Below are positions 10,031 through 19,971 of a stretch of 64,000 bases of DNA, piece by piece (within the stretch, counting starts at the first letter, position 1; every line of letters starts with the position of its first letter). The position numbers were made by a program, and so were the translations under genes. This DNA comes from Meiothermus sp. GTDB taxonomy: Bacteria > Deinococcota > Deinococci > Deinococcales > Thermaceae. The DNA is taken from contig JANRLD010000050.1 of assembly GCA_033762915.1 (NCBI GenBank), positions 31,332 to 95,331 of the forward strand, read 5' to 3'. The notes below the pieces were generated by a model. That model was given only the letters and a program-made list of their open reading frames with translations, searched no databases and was not told the DNA's origin.

Positions 10031-12250
10031 ATGCAACCGAAGCATCCTATCTTCCGGCCGATGGTATGGGCAGCAGTGGTCTGGAGCGTGGTCGCGGCCT
10101 GTGCCCAGCTGGTGGGCGCCAACCAGTCTGCGCCCGGCGGCAGCTTCCCGATCCTGTTCGTGACCCAAGTCCCCATCGCCCCCGACTTCGCCACCATCGG
10201 CTCGACCTTCGCCAATCACGGCGCTGGCATGCAGCAGGTGGGCCGCGGCGGCGACCTGTGGATTCGCTACACCGACGGTAGCCTGAAGAACCTGACCAGA
10301 ACTGCAGGCTTCGGGATGGAGGGGCAGCAGGGCGACAAGGCCATCGCGGTGCGCGACCCTAGCGTTCATTGGGACGGCAAGAAGGCCGTGTTTAGCATGG
10401 TGGTTGGTGCCCCCGCCCGGCAGTACGAGGTCAGGGAGTTCCGCTGGCAGCTCTACGAGATTACGGGCCTGGGTAAAGACGAGACCCCGGTCATCACCAA
10501 GGTCGTCAACCAGCCCAACTACAACACCGTCAGCCCCATCTACGCGACCGATGACCGCATCATCTTCACCTCCGACCGCCCCAGGGGCGGCGAGGCCCAC
10601 CTGTACCCACAGCGCGACGAGTACGAGTCCACGGCGGTAGTGACGGGGCTGTGGAGCCTCGAGCCGAGGTCCGGCGACCTCAGGCTCTTAAACCACGCCC
10701 CGTCCGGGAACTTCACCCCCATCCTGGACAGCTTCGGGCGGGTGGTGTTCACCCAGTGGGATCACCTCAAGCGCGACCAGCAGGCCGACGCCGACAAGTA
10801 CGCGGGGGGCCAGAACGGCAGCTTCAACTTCGCCTCCGAGGCCGAGGGCGCTCGGCGCCTGAGCAGCCGCACCGAGGTCTTCCCGGAGCCTCGAGTGGAG
10901 CAGGAGTTGGCGGGCAGCAACCTCAACGCCCACGACATCAACCAGTTCTTCCCCTGGACCATTTTTGAGGACGGCACCGAGGGCGAGACCCTCAACCACG
11001 CCGGGCGGCACGAGCTGATGGCGGGCGACCAGCGGCTCTACATCGAGCCGAGCATAAAGGACGACCCCGCCCTCGAGACCTTCGACCAGCCCACCTTCAC
11101 CGACAACGCCAACTACATCACCAACCTGTTTCAGATCAAGGAAGACCCCCTAAAGCCGGGAACCTACTTCGGGACCAACGCCGATGAGTTCGGCACCCAC
11201 GCCAGCGGGCAGGTCGTCAGCCTGAGCGCACCGCCCAGCCTGGCAGGCAACCGCATCGCCATCCAGAACCTCACCGACCCCGCCACCGCCAGCGCGGTGC
11301 CGGACGGGGCCAAGGCCCCTACCGGCCACTCCGGCCTCTACCGCGACCCCCTGCCGCTCTCCGACGGAACCCTGATCGCCGCCCACACCCCCGAGACCCG
11401 GGCCGACGCGGCGGGCGCTTCGCTGGTCGCCTCGAGGTACGCCTTCCGCCTGAAGACGCTGAGGAAAAACTCGAGCGGGGTTTGGGCGGCCGACCAGCCG
11501 CTCACCCGGGGTATTGCCAAGAGCCTGAGCTTCTGGAGCCCCGACGAGCGCGTGACCTACAGCGGCAACCTATGGGAGTTGCAGCCGGCGGAGGTTCGGC
11601 CCCGCGCTCGCCCCGCCCGCCTCTCCGCCCCCCTGCCCAGCGTGGAGAGGAGCGTGCTGCAGCGGGCCGGGGTGGACGAGGCCGCGCTGCGGGCCTACCT
11701 GGTCAAGAACGACCTGGCCCTGGCGGTGATGCGCAACGTCACTACCCGCGATACCGCCGACAAGCAGCAGCCCTTCAACCTCCGGGTTCCTGGTGGGGTG
11801 CAGACGCTGGGCTCGGGCTACAAGGCGGGCGATAAGATCTACAGCGTCGCCCACCTCCAGATCTTCCAGGCCGACCAGGTACGCGGCTACGGCGGAACCG
11901 CCAGCCCCGAGGCCGGGCGGCGGGTGCTGGCCCAGCCGCTGCACGAGGCCAAGGCGCTCTCGAGCAACCCTCCGGTCAGCGGCCCGGCGGGCAGCGTGGC
12001 AGTAGCAGGCGACGGCTCGGTGGCAGCCTTCGTGCCCGCCCGCCGCGCCCTCAGCTGGCAGCTCACCGATCCCGGCGGAACCCCGGTGGTGCGCGAGCGC
12101 TACTGGATCACCTTCCAGCCGGGCGAGATCCGCGTCTGCGCCTCCTGCCACGGCCTCAACGAGCGAGACCAGGCCGGCAACCCTCCGCCCACCAACCCGC
12201 CTAGGGCGCTGCTGGCGCTGCTGGAGCGCTGGAAAACCCTGCCCAAGTAG
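10031..12250 (+). CDS. Secreted hydrazine synthase alpha-subunit-like protein (PD40/TolB-like propeller plus C-terminal heme c motif)
   Basis: Signal peptide; VRDPSVHWDGKKAVFSM, IIFTSDRP, GLYRDPLPLSDG, DGSVAAFVPARRALSWQLTD, WITFQPGEIRVCASCH (CxxCH). Confidence 0.7.
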   Translation: MQPKHPIFRPMVWAAVVWSVVAACAQLVGANQSAPGGSFPILFVTQVPIAPDFATIGSTFANHGAGMQQVGRGGDLWIRYTDGSLKNLTRTAGFGMEGQQGDKAIAVRDPSVHWDGKKAVFSMVVGAPARQYEVREFRWQLYEITGLGKDETPVITKVVNQPNYNTVSPIYATDDRIIFTSDRPRGGEAHLYPQRDEYESTAVVTGLWSLEPRSGDLRLLNHAPSGNFTPILDSFGRVVFTQWDHLKRDQQADADKYAGGQNGSFNFASEAEGARRLSSRTEVFPEPRVEQELAGSNLNAHDINQFFPWTIFEDGTEGETLNHAGRHELMAGDQRLYIEPSIKDDPALETFDQPTFTDNANYITNLFQIKEDPLKPGTYFGTNADEFGTHASGQVVSLSAPPSLAGNRIAIQNLTDPATASAVPDGAKAPTGHSGLYRDPLPLSDGTLIAAHTPETRADAAGASLVASRYAFRLKTLRKNSSGVWAADQPLTRGIAKSLSFWSPDERVTYSGNLWELQPAEVRPRARPARLSAPLPSVERSVLQRAGVDEAALRAYLVKNDLALAVMRNVTTRDTADKQQPFNLRVPGGVQTLGSGYKAGDKIYSVAHLQIFQADQVRGYGGTASPEAGRRVLAQPLHEAKALSSNPPVSGPAGSVAVAGDGSVAAFVPARRALSWQLTDPGGTPVVRERYWITFQPGEIRVCASCHGLNERDQAGNPPPTNPPRALLALLERWKTLPK

Positions 12251-12288
12251 CCCCGATCCCTGCGCCGCGGGGCCGGCGGCACACGACC

Positions 12289-13803
12289 TCACTCGCCGGG
12301 CTGCTCGAGTTCCTCCTCATCGACCTCTCCTGCCTTGCGCGGCTTGAGCAGGGGGAACAAAATTACATCGCGGATGGAGTGCTGGTTGGTCAGGAACATG
12401 GTCAGCCGGTCGATGCCCAGCCCCATGCCGGCGGCGGGGGGCATCCCGTACTCCAGGGCCAGCAGAAAGTCCTCGTCCTGTTCGGGCTCCTCGTCGTCGC
12501 CGGCCTCGCGCCTCGCGGTCTGCTCCTCGAAACGCGCCCGCTGGTCGAGGGCGTCGTTGAGCTCGGAGTAGATGGGGGAGAGCTCCACCCCGGCCACGAA
12601 GAGGTCGGCCCGCTCGGTGAGGCTTGGCTTGGCGGGGTCGCGGTGGCGCTTGACCAAGGGCGAAATTGCCAGCGGCACGTCCTTGACGAAGGTGGGGTTG
12701 ATCAGGGTGGGCTCGACGTACTCGCCGAACAGCTTGTCCAGCAGTTTGTAGGGCGGCACGCCGCGCAGCTCGGGGTGCCTGGCATCGCTCCAGGCCTTGA
12801 GGCGCTCAAGGTCGGTGGGGTCGAAGTCCAGACCGGCCTTCTCCCTCAGCGCCTCCACGAAATCGATCCGCCGGAAGGGCAGCGAGAAGTCGAGGGTAAG
12901 GTCGCCGTACGGAATGGTGGTGGTGCCGTGGACGTGCTGCACCAGGCCCGAGACCATCTTCTCGATGAAGGCCATCATGTCGTTGTAGTCGGCGTAGGCC
13001 CAGTAGGCCTCGAGCATGGTGAACTCGGGGTTGTGCTTGATTGAGATGCCCTCATTGCGGTAGTTGCGCCCGATCTCAAAGACCCGCTCGAAGCCGCCCA
13101 CCAGGAGCCGCTTGAGGTGTAGCTCGAGGGCGATGCGCAGGCTGAACTCGTGGTCGAGGGCGTTGTGGAAGGTCTTGAAGGGCTTGGCCTCGGTGCCCCC
13201 GGCGATGGATTGGAGCGTGGGGCCTTCGACCTCTAAAAAGCCCGCGTCCTCGAAGGTGCGGCGGATGTAGCGCACAATTCTGCTGCGCGTCTCGAAGACC
13301 TGGCGCACCTCGGGGTTTTGCATCAGGTCGAGGTAGCGCTGGCGGTAGCGGGTCTCGACGTTGGAGATGCCGTGCCACTTGTCGGGCAGCGGGTGCAGGG
13401 CCTTGACCAGCGGGGTGAACCGCTGCACCTTGACCGTGATCTCGCCGGTCTTGGTGGTGAAGACGGTCCCCTCGATGCCCACCCAGTCGCCGATGTCGAG
13501 CTTCTTGCTCAGCTCGTAGTGAAGGGTGTTGTCGCGGGTTAAGTAGACCTGGATGCGCCCGCTGCCGTCTTGGATGTGGGCGAAGCTGGCCTTGCCCATG
13601 TGGCGGAACAACATAACCCGACCCGCCACCTTGACCTGCTCCTCGGGCCACTCCTGCTGCGGCTCGGCTCCGGTGTGGGCCTCGAGGATTTGTTTGGCGT
13701 GGTGGGTCTGCTCGAAGGAATAGGGGAACTTCTCGAAGCCCGCATCGACGAGGGCCTGTTGGTTCTGCATCCGCTGCTTGGTCTGTTCGCTGTACTCAGG
13801 CAT
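12289..13803 (-). CDS. lysS: Lysine--tRNA ligase (class II)
   Basis: [55 protein letters not shown]. Confidence 0.97.
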   Translation of the reverse strand: MPEYSEQTKQRMQNQQALVDAGFEKFPYSFEQTHHAKQILEAHTGAEPQQEWPEEQVKVAGRVMLFRHMGKASFAHIQDGSGRIQVYLTRDNTLHYELSKKLDIGDWVGIEGTVFTTKTGEITVKVQRFTPLVKALHPLPDKWHGISNVETRYRQRYLDLMQNPEVRQVFETRSRIVRYIRRTFEDAGFLEVEGPTLQSIAGGTEAKPFKTFHNALDHEFSLRIALELHLKRLLVGGFERVFEIGRNYRNEGISIKHNPEFTMLEAYWAYADYNDMMAFIEKMVSGLVQHVHGTTTIPYGDLTLDFSLPFRRIDFVEALREKAGLDFDPTDLERLKAWSDARHPELRGVPPYKLLDKLFGEYVEPTLINPTFVKDVPLAISPLVKRHRDPAKPSLTERADLFVAGVELSPIYSELNDALDQRARFEEQTARREAGDDEEPEQDEDFLLALEYGMPPAAGMGLGIDRLTMFLTNQHSIRDVILFPLLKPRKAGEVDEEELEQPGE

Positions 13804-14041
13804 ATTTTGGTGTTTAGGGCTTAGGGATTTGGGCTCGAGGCCCCGCGTCGCCCGACTCCTCGGGATTATACAGACTGGGCCTCCACCCCCTGCCCCCGAC
13901 ACAGCGCGGGCCGCCGCAGAGCCAATCGGTAGCCTCCCCGGCGGGCGATCAGCCGACTGGGCGGTCTGGCCCCAGGCTTTCGGCTTCTGCGAGCCCGATC
14001 TGGCGGCAGAACCGGCAGGCGAACGGCAGGGCCGGCTAAGC

Positions 14042-14235
14042 GTCTTCATAGTTGCAATGCGAAATCTCGCCCGCCAGCTCCCGCAGAGAATTGCGCCTCG
14101 GGTAGCCGCTCCGCGGCTATGGCGCACGCCACTCCGCCCCGGGTAGCCGCTCCGCGGCTATGGCGTACGCCACTCCGACCTGGCACGTTTTTACCGTATC
14201 CGCGGATTCTGCACTTGCACCCTGGCGCAACTTAA
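14042..14235 (+). repeat. Dispersed palindromic repeat family A, copy 2 (two internal units)
   Basis: Same ends as 45-197; the GGGTAGCCGCTCCGCGGCTATGGCGYACGCCACTCCG unit is duplicated in tandem. Confidence 0.9.
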
Positions 14236-14332
14236 GCCGTGCCCGCGCAATGATGGGCCAACCGCCGCCCCGCAGGCCGGCAAACCGCGAGCTTAAAGCG
14301 CAGCGGCACTTTTTGGTAGGCTGGTCGCGGCT

Positions 14333-14809
14333 ATGTCCGAACCCCAGTTCTGGATCGATCACTTCGGCCTCCAGCGCCACCCCGAGGGCGGCTACTTCGC
14401 CGAGTTCTACCGCTCGTCCCAGACCGTCGAGACCGCCAGGGGGCCCCGCCCCGCCGGGACCTCGATCTACTTCCTGCTCGAGCAGGGGGACTTCTCAGCC
14501 TTCCACCGCTTGCAGTCCGACGAGCTCTGGCATTTCTACTGGGGCTCGGCCCTGACCCTGTGGGTCATCGAGCCCTCGGGCCAGCTTGCCACCCTGCGGC
14601 TGGGGGCCGACCCCGCCCAGGGCCAGAGCCTCCAGGCCCTGGTGCCCAAAAACACCTGGTTCGCCGCCCAGCCCGACGGCTGTGCCCTGGTCGGCTGCAC
14701 CATGGCCCCCGGCTTCGACTACGCCGACTTCGAACTGGCCGAGCGTGCCGAGCTGTCGCGCCTGTACCCGCAGCACGCCGAGCTGATCGGGCGGTTCACT
14801 CGAGACTAA
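14333..14809 (+). CDS. Cupin domain protein (DUF985 / Cupin_5)
   Basis: LQRHPEGGYF, TSIYFLL, FHRLQSDELWHFYWG, LVGCTMAPGFDYADF. Confidence 0.9.
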   Translation: MSEPQFWIDHFGLQRHPEGGYFAEFYRSSQTVETARGPRPAGTSIYFLLEQGDFSAFHRLQSDELWHFYWGSALTLWVIEPSGQLATLRLGADPAQGQSLQALVPKNTWFAAQPDGCALVGCTMAPGFDYADFELAERAELSRLYPQHAELIGRFTRD

Positions 14810-14832
14810 TCACGGAGGGCTGAGCGAGCGGC

Positions 14833-15924
14833 CTATCGATTTGGCTGGCCGACGCCTTCCTCGGGCCGCGCAGTCGAGCCCCGCACCACCAGCCGCGTCG
14901 GCAGCAGCCCGGACAGCTCGAGCGGCTCCCCCCGGATGGCCGCCATCAGCAGCCGCCCGGCCCACAGGCCCTTGTCGAGGAGCGGCTGGTGAATGGTGGT
15001 GAGTGGCGGCGCGGTGCGGGCGGTCTCGGGGATGTCGTCGAAGCCGACAACCGAGAGGTCTTCGGGGATGCGGATCCCTCGAGCCCGGCAGGCCTGGTAG
15101 ACCCCGAAGGCCACCTGGTCGCTCATGCACAGCAGCGCCGTGGGTCGGGGGCTGAGCTCCAGCATGGCCAGCCCGCCCCGCTCGCCCTCCTCGATTAGGT
15201 TCTCGGCTACCTCCCAGACCGGCACCTGTGCCCAGTCCAGTCCGGCGGCCTCGAGTGCGCTGCGGTAGCCGTCCAGCCGGTTTACCACTGCCGTGTGCTG
15301 GGGGATGCTCTGGCGCTCGAGGCTGGCGAAGCCACCTTTGGCGTCCACGGTGTACTCCAGCGAGACCACTCCGATGCGGCGGTGGCCCAGCTCGAGCAGG
15401 TGCTGCGCCGCCTGCCTGGCCCCGCCGAAGTCGTCCACGTTGACGGCGGGTAGCCCCTCGATGGGCGGGTAGTCCACCACCACGGTGGGCAGTCTGCGGG
15501 CCAGCACGGTCTGGATGGTGGGGCTGTTGTTGGGGATCGAGTAGACCACGAAGCCGTCCACCGCCGCCTGGGCTACCAGCGACTCCTGGTTGATCCGCTT
15601 GGGCACCAGCAGCATCCCCAGGTTGGCCTCCTCCACCACCTGGCCCAGCCCCTGCATGAAGAGCCCCGCCACCGGGTCGGCGAAGGTGTAGCGCAGCCGG
15701 TCGGCGTAGAGCACCCCCACCGCTCCGGCCCGCCCCCGCCGAAGCCCCCGCGCCAGCGGGTCGGGCGAGTAGCCCAGGCTGCGGGCGGTCTGGAGGATGC
15801 GCTCGCGCAGCTCGGGCGACAACTGGTCGGGCCGGTTGAAGGCGTTGGAGACGGTGGCGGGTGAGACCCCCAGCGAACGGGCTACGTCCTTGAGGCTGGT
15901 CTTGCCCTTGGCCTTGACCGACAT
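14833..15924 (-). CDS. LacI-family transcriptional regulator
   Basis: SLKDVARSLGVSPATVSNAFN HTH; IPEDLSVVGFDD, PPLTTIHQP. Confidence 0.95.
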   Translation of the reverse strand: MSVKAKGKTSLKDVARSLGVSPATVSNAFNRPDQLSPELRERILQTARSLGYSPDPLARGLRRGRAGAVGVLYADRLRYTFADPVAGLFMQGLGQVVEEANLGMLLVPKRINQESLVAQAAVDGFVVYSIPNNSPTIQTVLARRLPTVVVDYPPIEGLPAVNVDDFGGARQAAQHLLELGHRRIGVVSLEYTVDAKGGFASLERQSIPQHTAVVNRLDGYRSALEAAGLDWAQVPVWEVAENLIEEGERGGLAMLELSPRPTALLCMSDQVAFGVYQACRARGIRIPEDLSVVGFDDIPETARTAPPLTTIHQPLLDKGLWAGRLLMAAIRGEPLELSGLLPTRLVVRGSTARPEEGVGQPNR

Positions 15925-15956
15925 TGCGGCTATGGTACACTACTGAAACGATTTAG
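15914..15956 (+). promoter_or_regulatory. Sigma70-type promoter TTGACC-N16-TACACT (extended TG) with LacI-type operator CTGAAACGATTTAG
   Basis: -35 at 15914-15919, -10 at 15936-15941; pseudo-palindrome with central CG at 15943-15956, between the divergent lacI and oxidoreductase genes. Confidence 0.65.
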
Positions 15957-16148
15957 ATGGGTCGGCTAGGCGTTGACGGTGGGCCGTTTAAGGGAAAACG
16001 ATACGGTGAGGGTTGCGAGCTGACCGTCGAGGGTAAAGGGGGTGGGATTTTGGCCGTCAGCGGCCCTTGGCTGCCAGCCAACGTAAGGTTAGCCTCGAGC
16101 CCCTCCCCTCAGCCTTCAGCCGTCAACCTTCGACCCGCAGGAGCTACC

Positions 16149-17258
16149 ATGCCAAAGACCAGAGCCCAAAAACCCAGGCCCGCAGCTAAACCGACTCCCG
16201 TCATGCCAAACACCTACGGAGGCCCAGCGGCTTCTAGCATGGGTGAGCCATTGCGGGTGGCGCTGGTGGGGGCGGGGGGAATCGCTGCCACCCACTACCG
16301 GGGGTACCTGGCGGCGAAGGCCAGTGTGGTGGCTTTCGTGGAGCCCTACGAGGTCACGCGGCTGGCCAGGGAGAAGGAGTGGGGGGTCAAGGGCTACGAG
16401 ACCCTCGAGGCACTCCTGGCCAACGAGTCCGTCGAGGCAGTCTCGGTCTGCTCGCCCAACGCCTTCCACCACGGCGCGACGGTGGCGGCAGTGAGGGCCG
16501 GGCTGCACGTGCTGTGCGAGAAGCCCCTGAGCATGAGCTTGGCCGAGTGCCAGCAGATGATTGACGCCGCCAAGAAGGCCAAAGTGGTGCTCCAGACCGG
16601 CCACCACCTGCGCTCCAACCTGCTGGTGGAGAAGACCAAGCAACTCATCACCTCGGGGCAGATCGGTAAGGTGGCCTTCATGCGGCTCCGCCAGGCCCAC
16701 GACTGGGGCGGCAACAAGGCAGTGCGCGAGTCCTTTGGCCTGTTGAAGAACTCCGGCGGTGGAACGCTCCTGGACAACGGCTGCCACATGATGGACCTGG
16801 CCCGGCACTTCGGCGGCAACGTCAGGCGCCTCAGCGCCATGATGGGGACGCTGGGGGCTTGGACGACCAGGGTCGAGGTGGAGGACACCAGCCTGGTGCA
16901 GCTGGAGTTCGAGGGCGGCATCCTGGGCAGTGTGGAGAACGCCTGGACAGCCACCGGCTGGGAGGAAGGTTGGTGGATCTACGGCACCGAGGGCGCCATA
17001 GAGTGTACCAATCGGCTGGGCAAGCGCACCCTCAGGCACGTGCGGCGGGACTCGAGCGGCACCACCTGGGACAAGCTCGACGAGACCGTCTACACCTACG
17101 CCGACGAGGGCGGCCATCCCCGCCAGATCGTCGCCTTCATCCGCTCGATCCGCGAGGGCACCCCGGTGGTCTGCACCGGCCAGGACGGGATGGAATCGGT
17201 GCGGCTGGTGCTCAAGGCTTACGAGAGCGCCAAGAAGGGAAAGCCGGTGAGCCTGTAA
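16149..17258 (+). CDS. Gfo/Idh/MocA family oxidoreductase
   Basis: LVGAGGIA, HVLCEKP, GGGTLLDNGCHMMD; SD AGGAG before ATG 16149. Confidence 0.9.
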   Translation: MPKTRAQKPRPAAKPTPVMPNTYGGPAASSMGEPLRVALVGAGGIAATHYRGYLAAKASVVAFVEPYEVTRLAREKEWGVKGYETLEALLANESVEAVSVCSPNAFHHGATVAAVRAGLHVLCEKPLSMSLAECQQMIDAAKKAKVVLQTGHHLRSNLLVEKTKQLITSGQIGKVAFMRLRQAHDWGGNKAVRESFGLLKNSGGGTLLDNGCHMMDLARHFGGNVRRLSAMMGTLGAWTTRVEVEDTSLVQLEFEGGILGSVENAWTATGWEEGWWIYGTEGAIECTNRLGKRTLRHVRRDSSGTTWDKLDETVYTYADEGGHPRQIVAFIRSIREGTPVVCTGQDGMESVRLVLKAYESAKKGKPVSL

Positions 17259-17471
17259 GGGGGCAGGAAGGACGGGAGGAAGCGCGAAGGGGATAAGCCA
17301 AGGGCCTCCCGCGTCTGTGCCGCCCGCAATCGGCTTGCGAAACCGCCTCAGTATGGGCAGCTTGGGGCCAACTCCAAGGGATCGGTCCTGCATATACCAA
17401 GGTCGCTGCCTGTTGCCCCAGTATCTGACCGTCAACCCATAACCCCGTAACCCTCAACTACCCAACACCCA

Positions 17472-18029
17472 ATGAACTGGCTCAACGAACCCCCCCGCTG
17501 GAAGCTCGAGCCCGCTGCCCTCGAGGTTGTAACCGCCGACCGTACCGACTTCTGGCGCGAGACCCACTACGGTTTTGTCCGCGACGACGGACACTTCTTC
17601 TATCAGGAGGTGGCGGGAGACTTCAGTGTCGAGGTCGGCATTGTCGGTAAGTACCAGCACCTCTACGACCAGGCCGGTCTGATGGTGCGCCTCGACGAGC
17701 GCAACTGGATCAAGGCCGGGGTCGAGTTCACCGATGGGCTACCGCACCTCAGCGCGGTGGTGACTCGAGACTTCTCGGACTGGTCGGTGCTGCCGCTGCC
17801 GCACAGCCCGCCTAAGGTCTGGCTGCGCCTGACCCGGCACGGCAGCGCGGTGCGGGTGCAGTACTCGTTCGAGGGCTCGAGGTGGGCCCTGCTGCGGCTG
17901 GCCTACCTGCCCGACGCGCCTGTCGTGCAGGCGGGTATGATGTGCTGCTCGCCGCAACGCTCGGGCTTCGAGGTGCGCTTCGAAGGGTTCAGGGTGGGGG
18001 AGGCGGTCGTTAGGGAGTTGCATGAATAG
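17472..18029 (+). CDS. DUF1349 domain protein (regulation-of-enolase-1-like)
   Basis: TDFWRETHYGFVRDDGH, YDQAGL, WIKAGVE, SAVVT..SDWS, CCSP. Confidence 0.9.
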   Translation: MNWLNEPPRWKLEPAALEVVTADRTDFWRETHYGFVRDDGHFFYQEVAGDFSVEVGIVGKYQHLYDQAGLMVRLDERNWIKAGVEFTDGLPHLSAVVTRDFSDWSVLPLPHSPPKVWLRLTRHGSAVRVQYSFEGSRWALLRLAYLPDAPVVQAGMMCCSPQRSGFEVRFEGFRVGEAVVRELHE

Positions 18030-19206
18030 CCTGGTCGCCAGCCGCGCCGCCATCTCGGCCATCTTCTTCGTCTGTGGATTCGCCTTCGCGGTGTGGGCCT
18101 CGAGGATTCCCGCTATCAAGGAGCACCTCGGCCTCAACGTGGGCGAGTTCGGGCTGGTGCTGCTGGGGATGCCCATCGGGCTGGTCTTCTCGATGCAGCT
18201 GACCGGCTGGGGCATCGCCCGGCTGGGCAGCAAGTGGGTCAACATGGCGGCCTCGGTGGCCTACTGCCTGGTGCTGCCGTTGCTGGCCTTGGCCCCCAAC
18301 GGCTGGGCGCTGGCGGCGGTGCTGTTTGCCTTTGGCTTCACACAGGCTGCGATGGACATCTCCATGAACGCCCAGGCGGTCGAGCTGGGCAAGCGCTACT
18401 CGAGGCCCATCATGTCCAGCTTCCACGCCCTGTTCAGCCTCGGCGGGCTGGTGGGGGCCGGGCTGGGCAGCGTTGCGGCGGCGCTGAGCGTGACCCCGCT
18501 ACCCTTTTTCTCCCTGATGATGGTGGTCTCCCTCCTGATCGTGCTGGTCTCGTTCCGCTATCTGGTGGAGACGCCCCTCGAGCCGGGCGGGGTGCATTTC
18601 GCCTGGCCCAAGGGGGTCTTGCTGGGGCTGGGCCTGATCCTGTTCTGCACTGGGCTGGGCGAGGGCGCGATGGTGGACTGGGCGGCGGTCTTCATGCGGC
18701 AGGTGATGGGCAGCAGCGAGGCGGTGGCGGCGCTGGCCTTCTCGGTCTTCTCGGTCTCGATGGTGATCGGTCGCCTGACCGGCGACTGGTTCACCCACCG
18801 CTTCGGGCCGGTGCGGCTGGCCAGGGGCAGCGGGATCGTGGCGATTGCGGGCCTGCTGGCCTTGGTGTTGGCGCCCCAGCCCTGGGTGGCGCTGCTAGGC
18901 TTCCTGCTGACCGGCTTCGGCTTCTGCTCGCTGTTCCCGCTGGTCTTCAGCGCAGCGGGCAAGGTGCCGGGCATCAACCCCGGCGTGGCGCTGGCCTCGG
19001 TGGCGACGCTGGGCTACATGGGCTTCCTCACCGGCCCCCCGCTGATCGGCCTGATCGGGCACGCCAGCTCGCTGCAGGTCTCGTTCGCAGTGCTGATGGT
19101 GCTGATGCTGGTGATTCCGCTGTGGGCGGGGTTGCTGGACGTGGAGCGGGGAGCCTCGAGCCAGGGGCGGGGGGAGCAGACGGCGGGGGAGAAGTTGTCT
19201 GGCTGA
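18022..19206 (+). CDS. MFS transporter
   Basis: About 12 hydrophobic segments; WASRIPAIK, DISMNAQA, IMSSFHA, EGAMVDW, GRLTGD. Confidence 0.9.
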   Translation: MNSLVASRAAISAIFFVCGFAFAVWASRIPAIKEHLGLNVGEFGLVLLGMPIGLVFSMQLTGWGIARLGSKWVNMAASVAYCLVLPLLALAPNGWALAAVLFAFGFTQAAMDISMNAQAVELGKRYSRPIMSSFHALFSLGGLVGAGLGSVAAALSVTPLPFFSLMMVVSLLIVLVSFRYLVETPLEPGGVHFAWPKGVLLGLGLILFCTGLGEGAMVDWAAVFMRQVMGSSEAVAALAFSVFSVSMVIGRLTGDWFTHRFGPVRLARGSGIVAIAGLLALVLAPQPWVALLGFLLTGFGFCSLFPLVFSAAGKVPGINPGVALASVATLGYMGFLTGPPLIGLIGHASSLQVSFAVLMVLMLVIPLWAGLLDVERGASSQGRGEQTAGEKLSG

Positions 19207-19542
19207 AATGACTTGGATGTATGGACGACTGGCCAAAGTTTTCCCTGTAGATCGAGGTCGAGCAGGTTGACCCTGGTCAGTGCGCCAACCGCAAACACGA
19301 GAACTTCTGCAACCCGCTGGTGAGGACGGAAGACGAGTGCTGCGGTGCGCCCAAGGTCTGGACGTTCGGCTTTCTCCCGTTCGGGTAGGACTGGCCTGAC
19401 GAGGCTAGCCCCGACGCCATGGCGAGCTTGTGCTTTCTGCCCCCGATCTGTTGGTTTGGGACTTGAGTCGGGCGACCCTCGAGTGGGTCGTCTCCGAGCT
19501 TTTTGGCGGCAAGATGCGGGAAGCGTGGCAGTGCGCCTGCCT

Positions 19543-19652
19543 ATTGCGTTTCCCACCATTACCTCCCTCGCGGCGGCAGGTAATGTACTCCCTAACAGCA
19601 AAAACCGCCCGCTTTAGCGCCGTAGGGAGTATGCGTGGGAACCGCTCTAGAG
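19543..19652 (+). repeat. Dispersed structured repeat family B, copy 1
   Basis: GCGTTTCCCACCATTAC..CCTCGCGGCGGCAGGTAATGTACTCCCTA..TAGGGAGTA..GGGAACCGCTCT; second copy at 61963-62054. Confidence 0.85.
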
Positions 19653-19971
19653 TTCGCGCATCACTGCCCCTCAGCACATGCCCGGTTGCACCCCCGTTAA
19701 CTGGCTGTTATTGATGCCCAACTGGGCGTTACCGAAACTGGCCTGAAAGGCGTGGAAAGCCCGGAAGTTATGGTCGAACCGCACAGGCTCGGGGGTAAAG
19801 CGTTAAACGTTAACCTTGGGGCCTTTTTGCGATAACGGGGTAACGCCCGTGAACGGTAAATATCACAGGGTGTTACGCATTAAGTCACTAGTCTTACCCT
19901 TAGCTCGCCAGCCCCTATAGCTGGGCGCACCACAACCAAGCGGCACCCTGCAAGGTGCTTAGGTGACCTTT

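Noticed and set aside
10031..12250. Anammox capability
   Set aside because: Only one HzsA-like gene; no other hydrazine synthase subunits or multiheme partners
13804..14127. N-terminal extension of LysS
   Set aside because: Runs through intergenic and repeat DNA with non-protein-like composition
14042..14235. Repeat family A as a CRISPR array
   Set aside because: Units are directly adjacent with no unique spacers, and no cas genes are present
19220..19388. Possible pseudogene fragment MDDWPKFSL*IEVEQVDPGQC...
   Set aside because: Short, contains an internal stop and has no recognisable family
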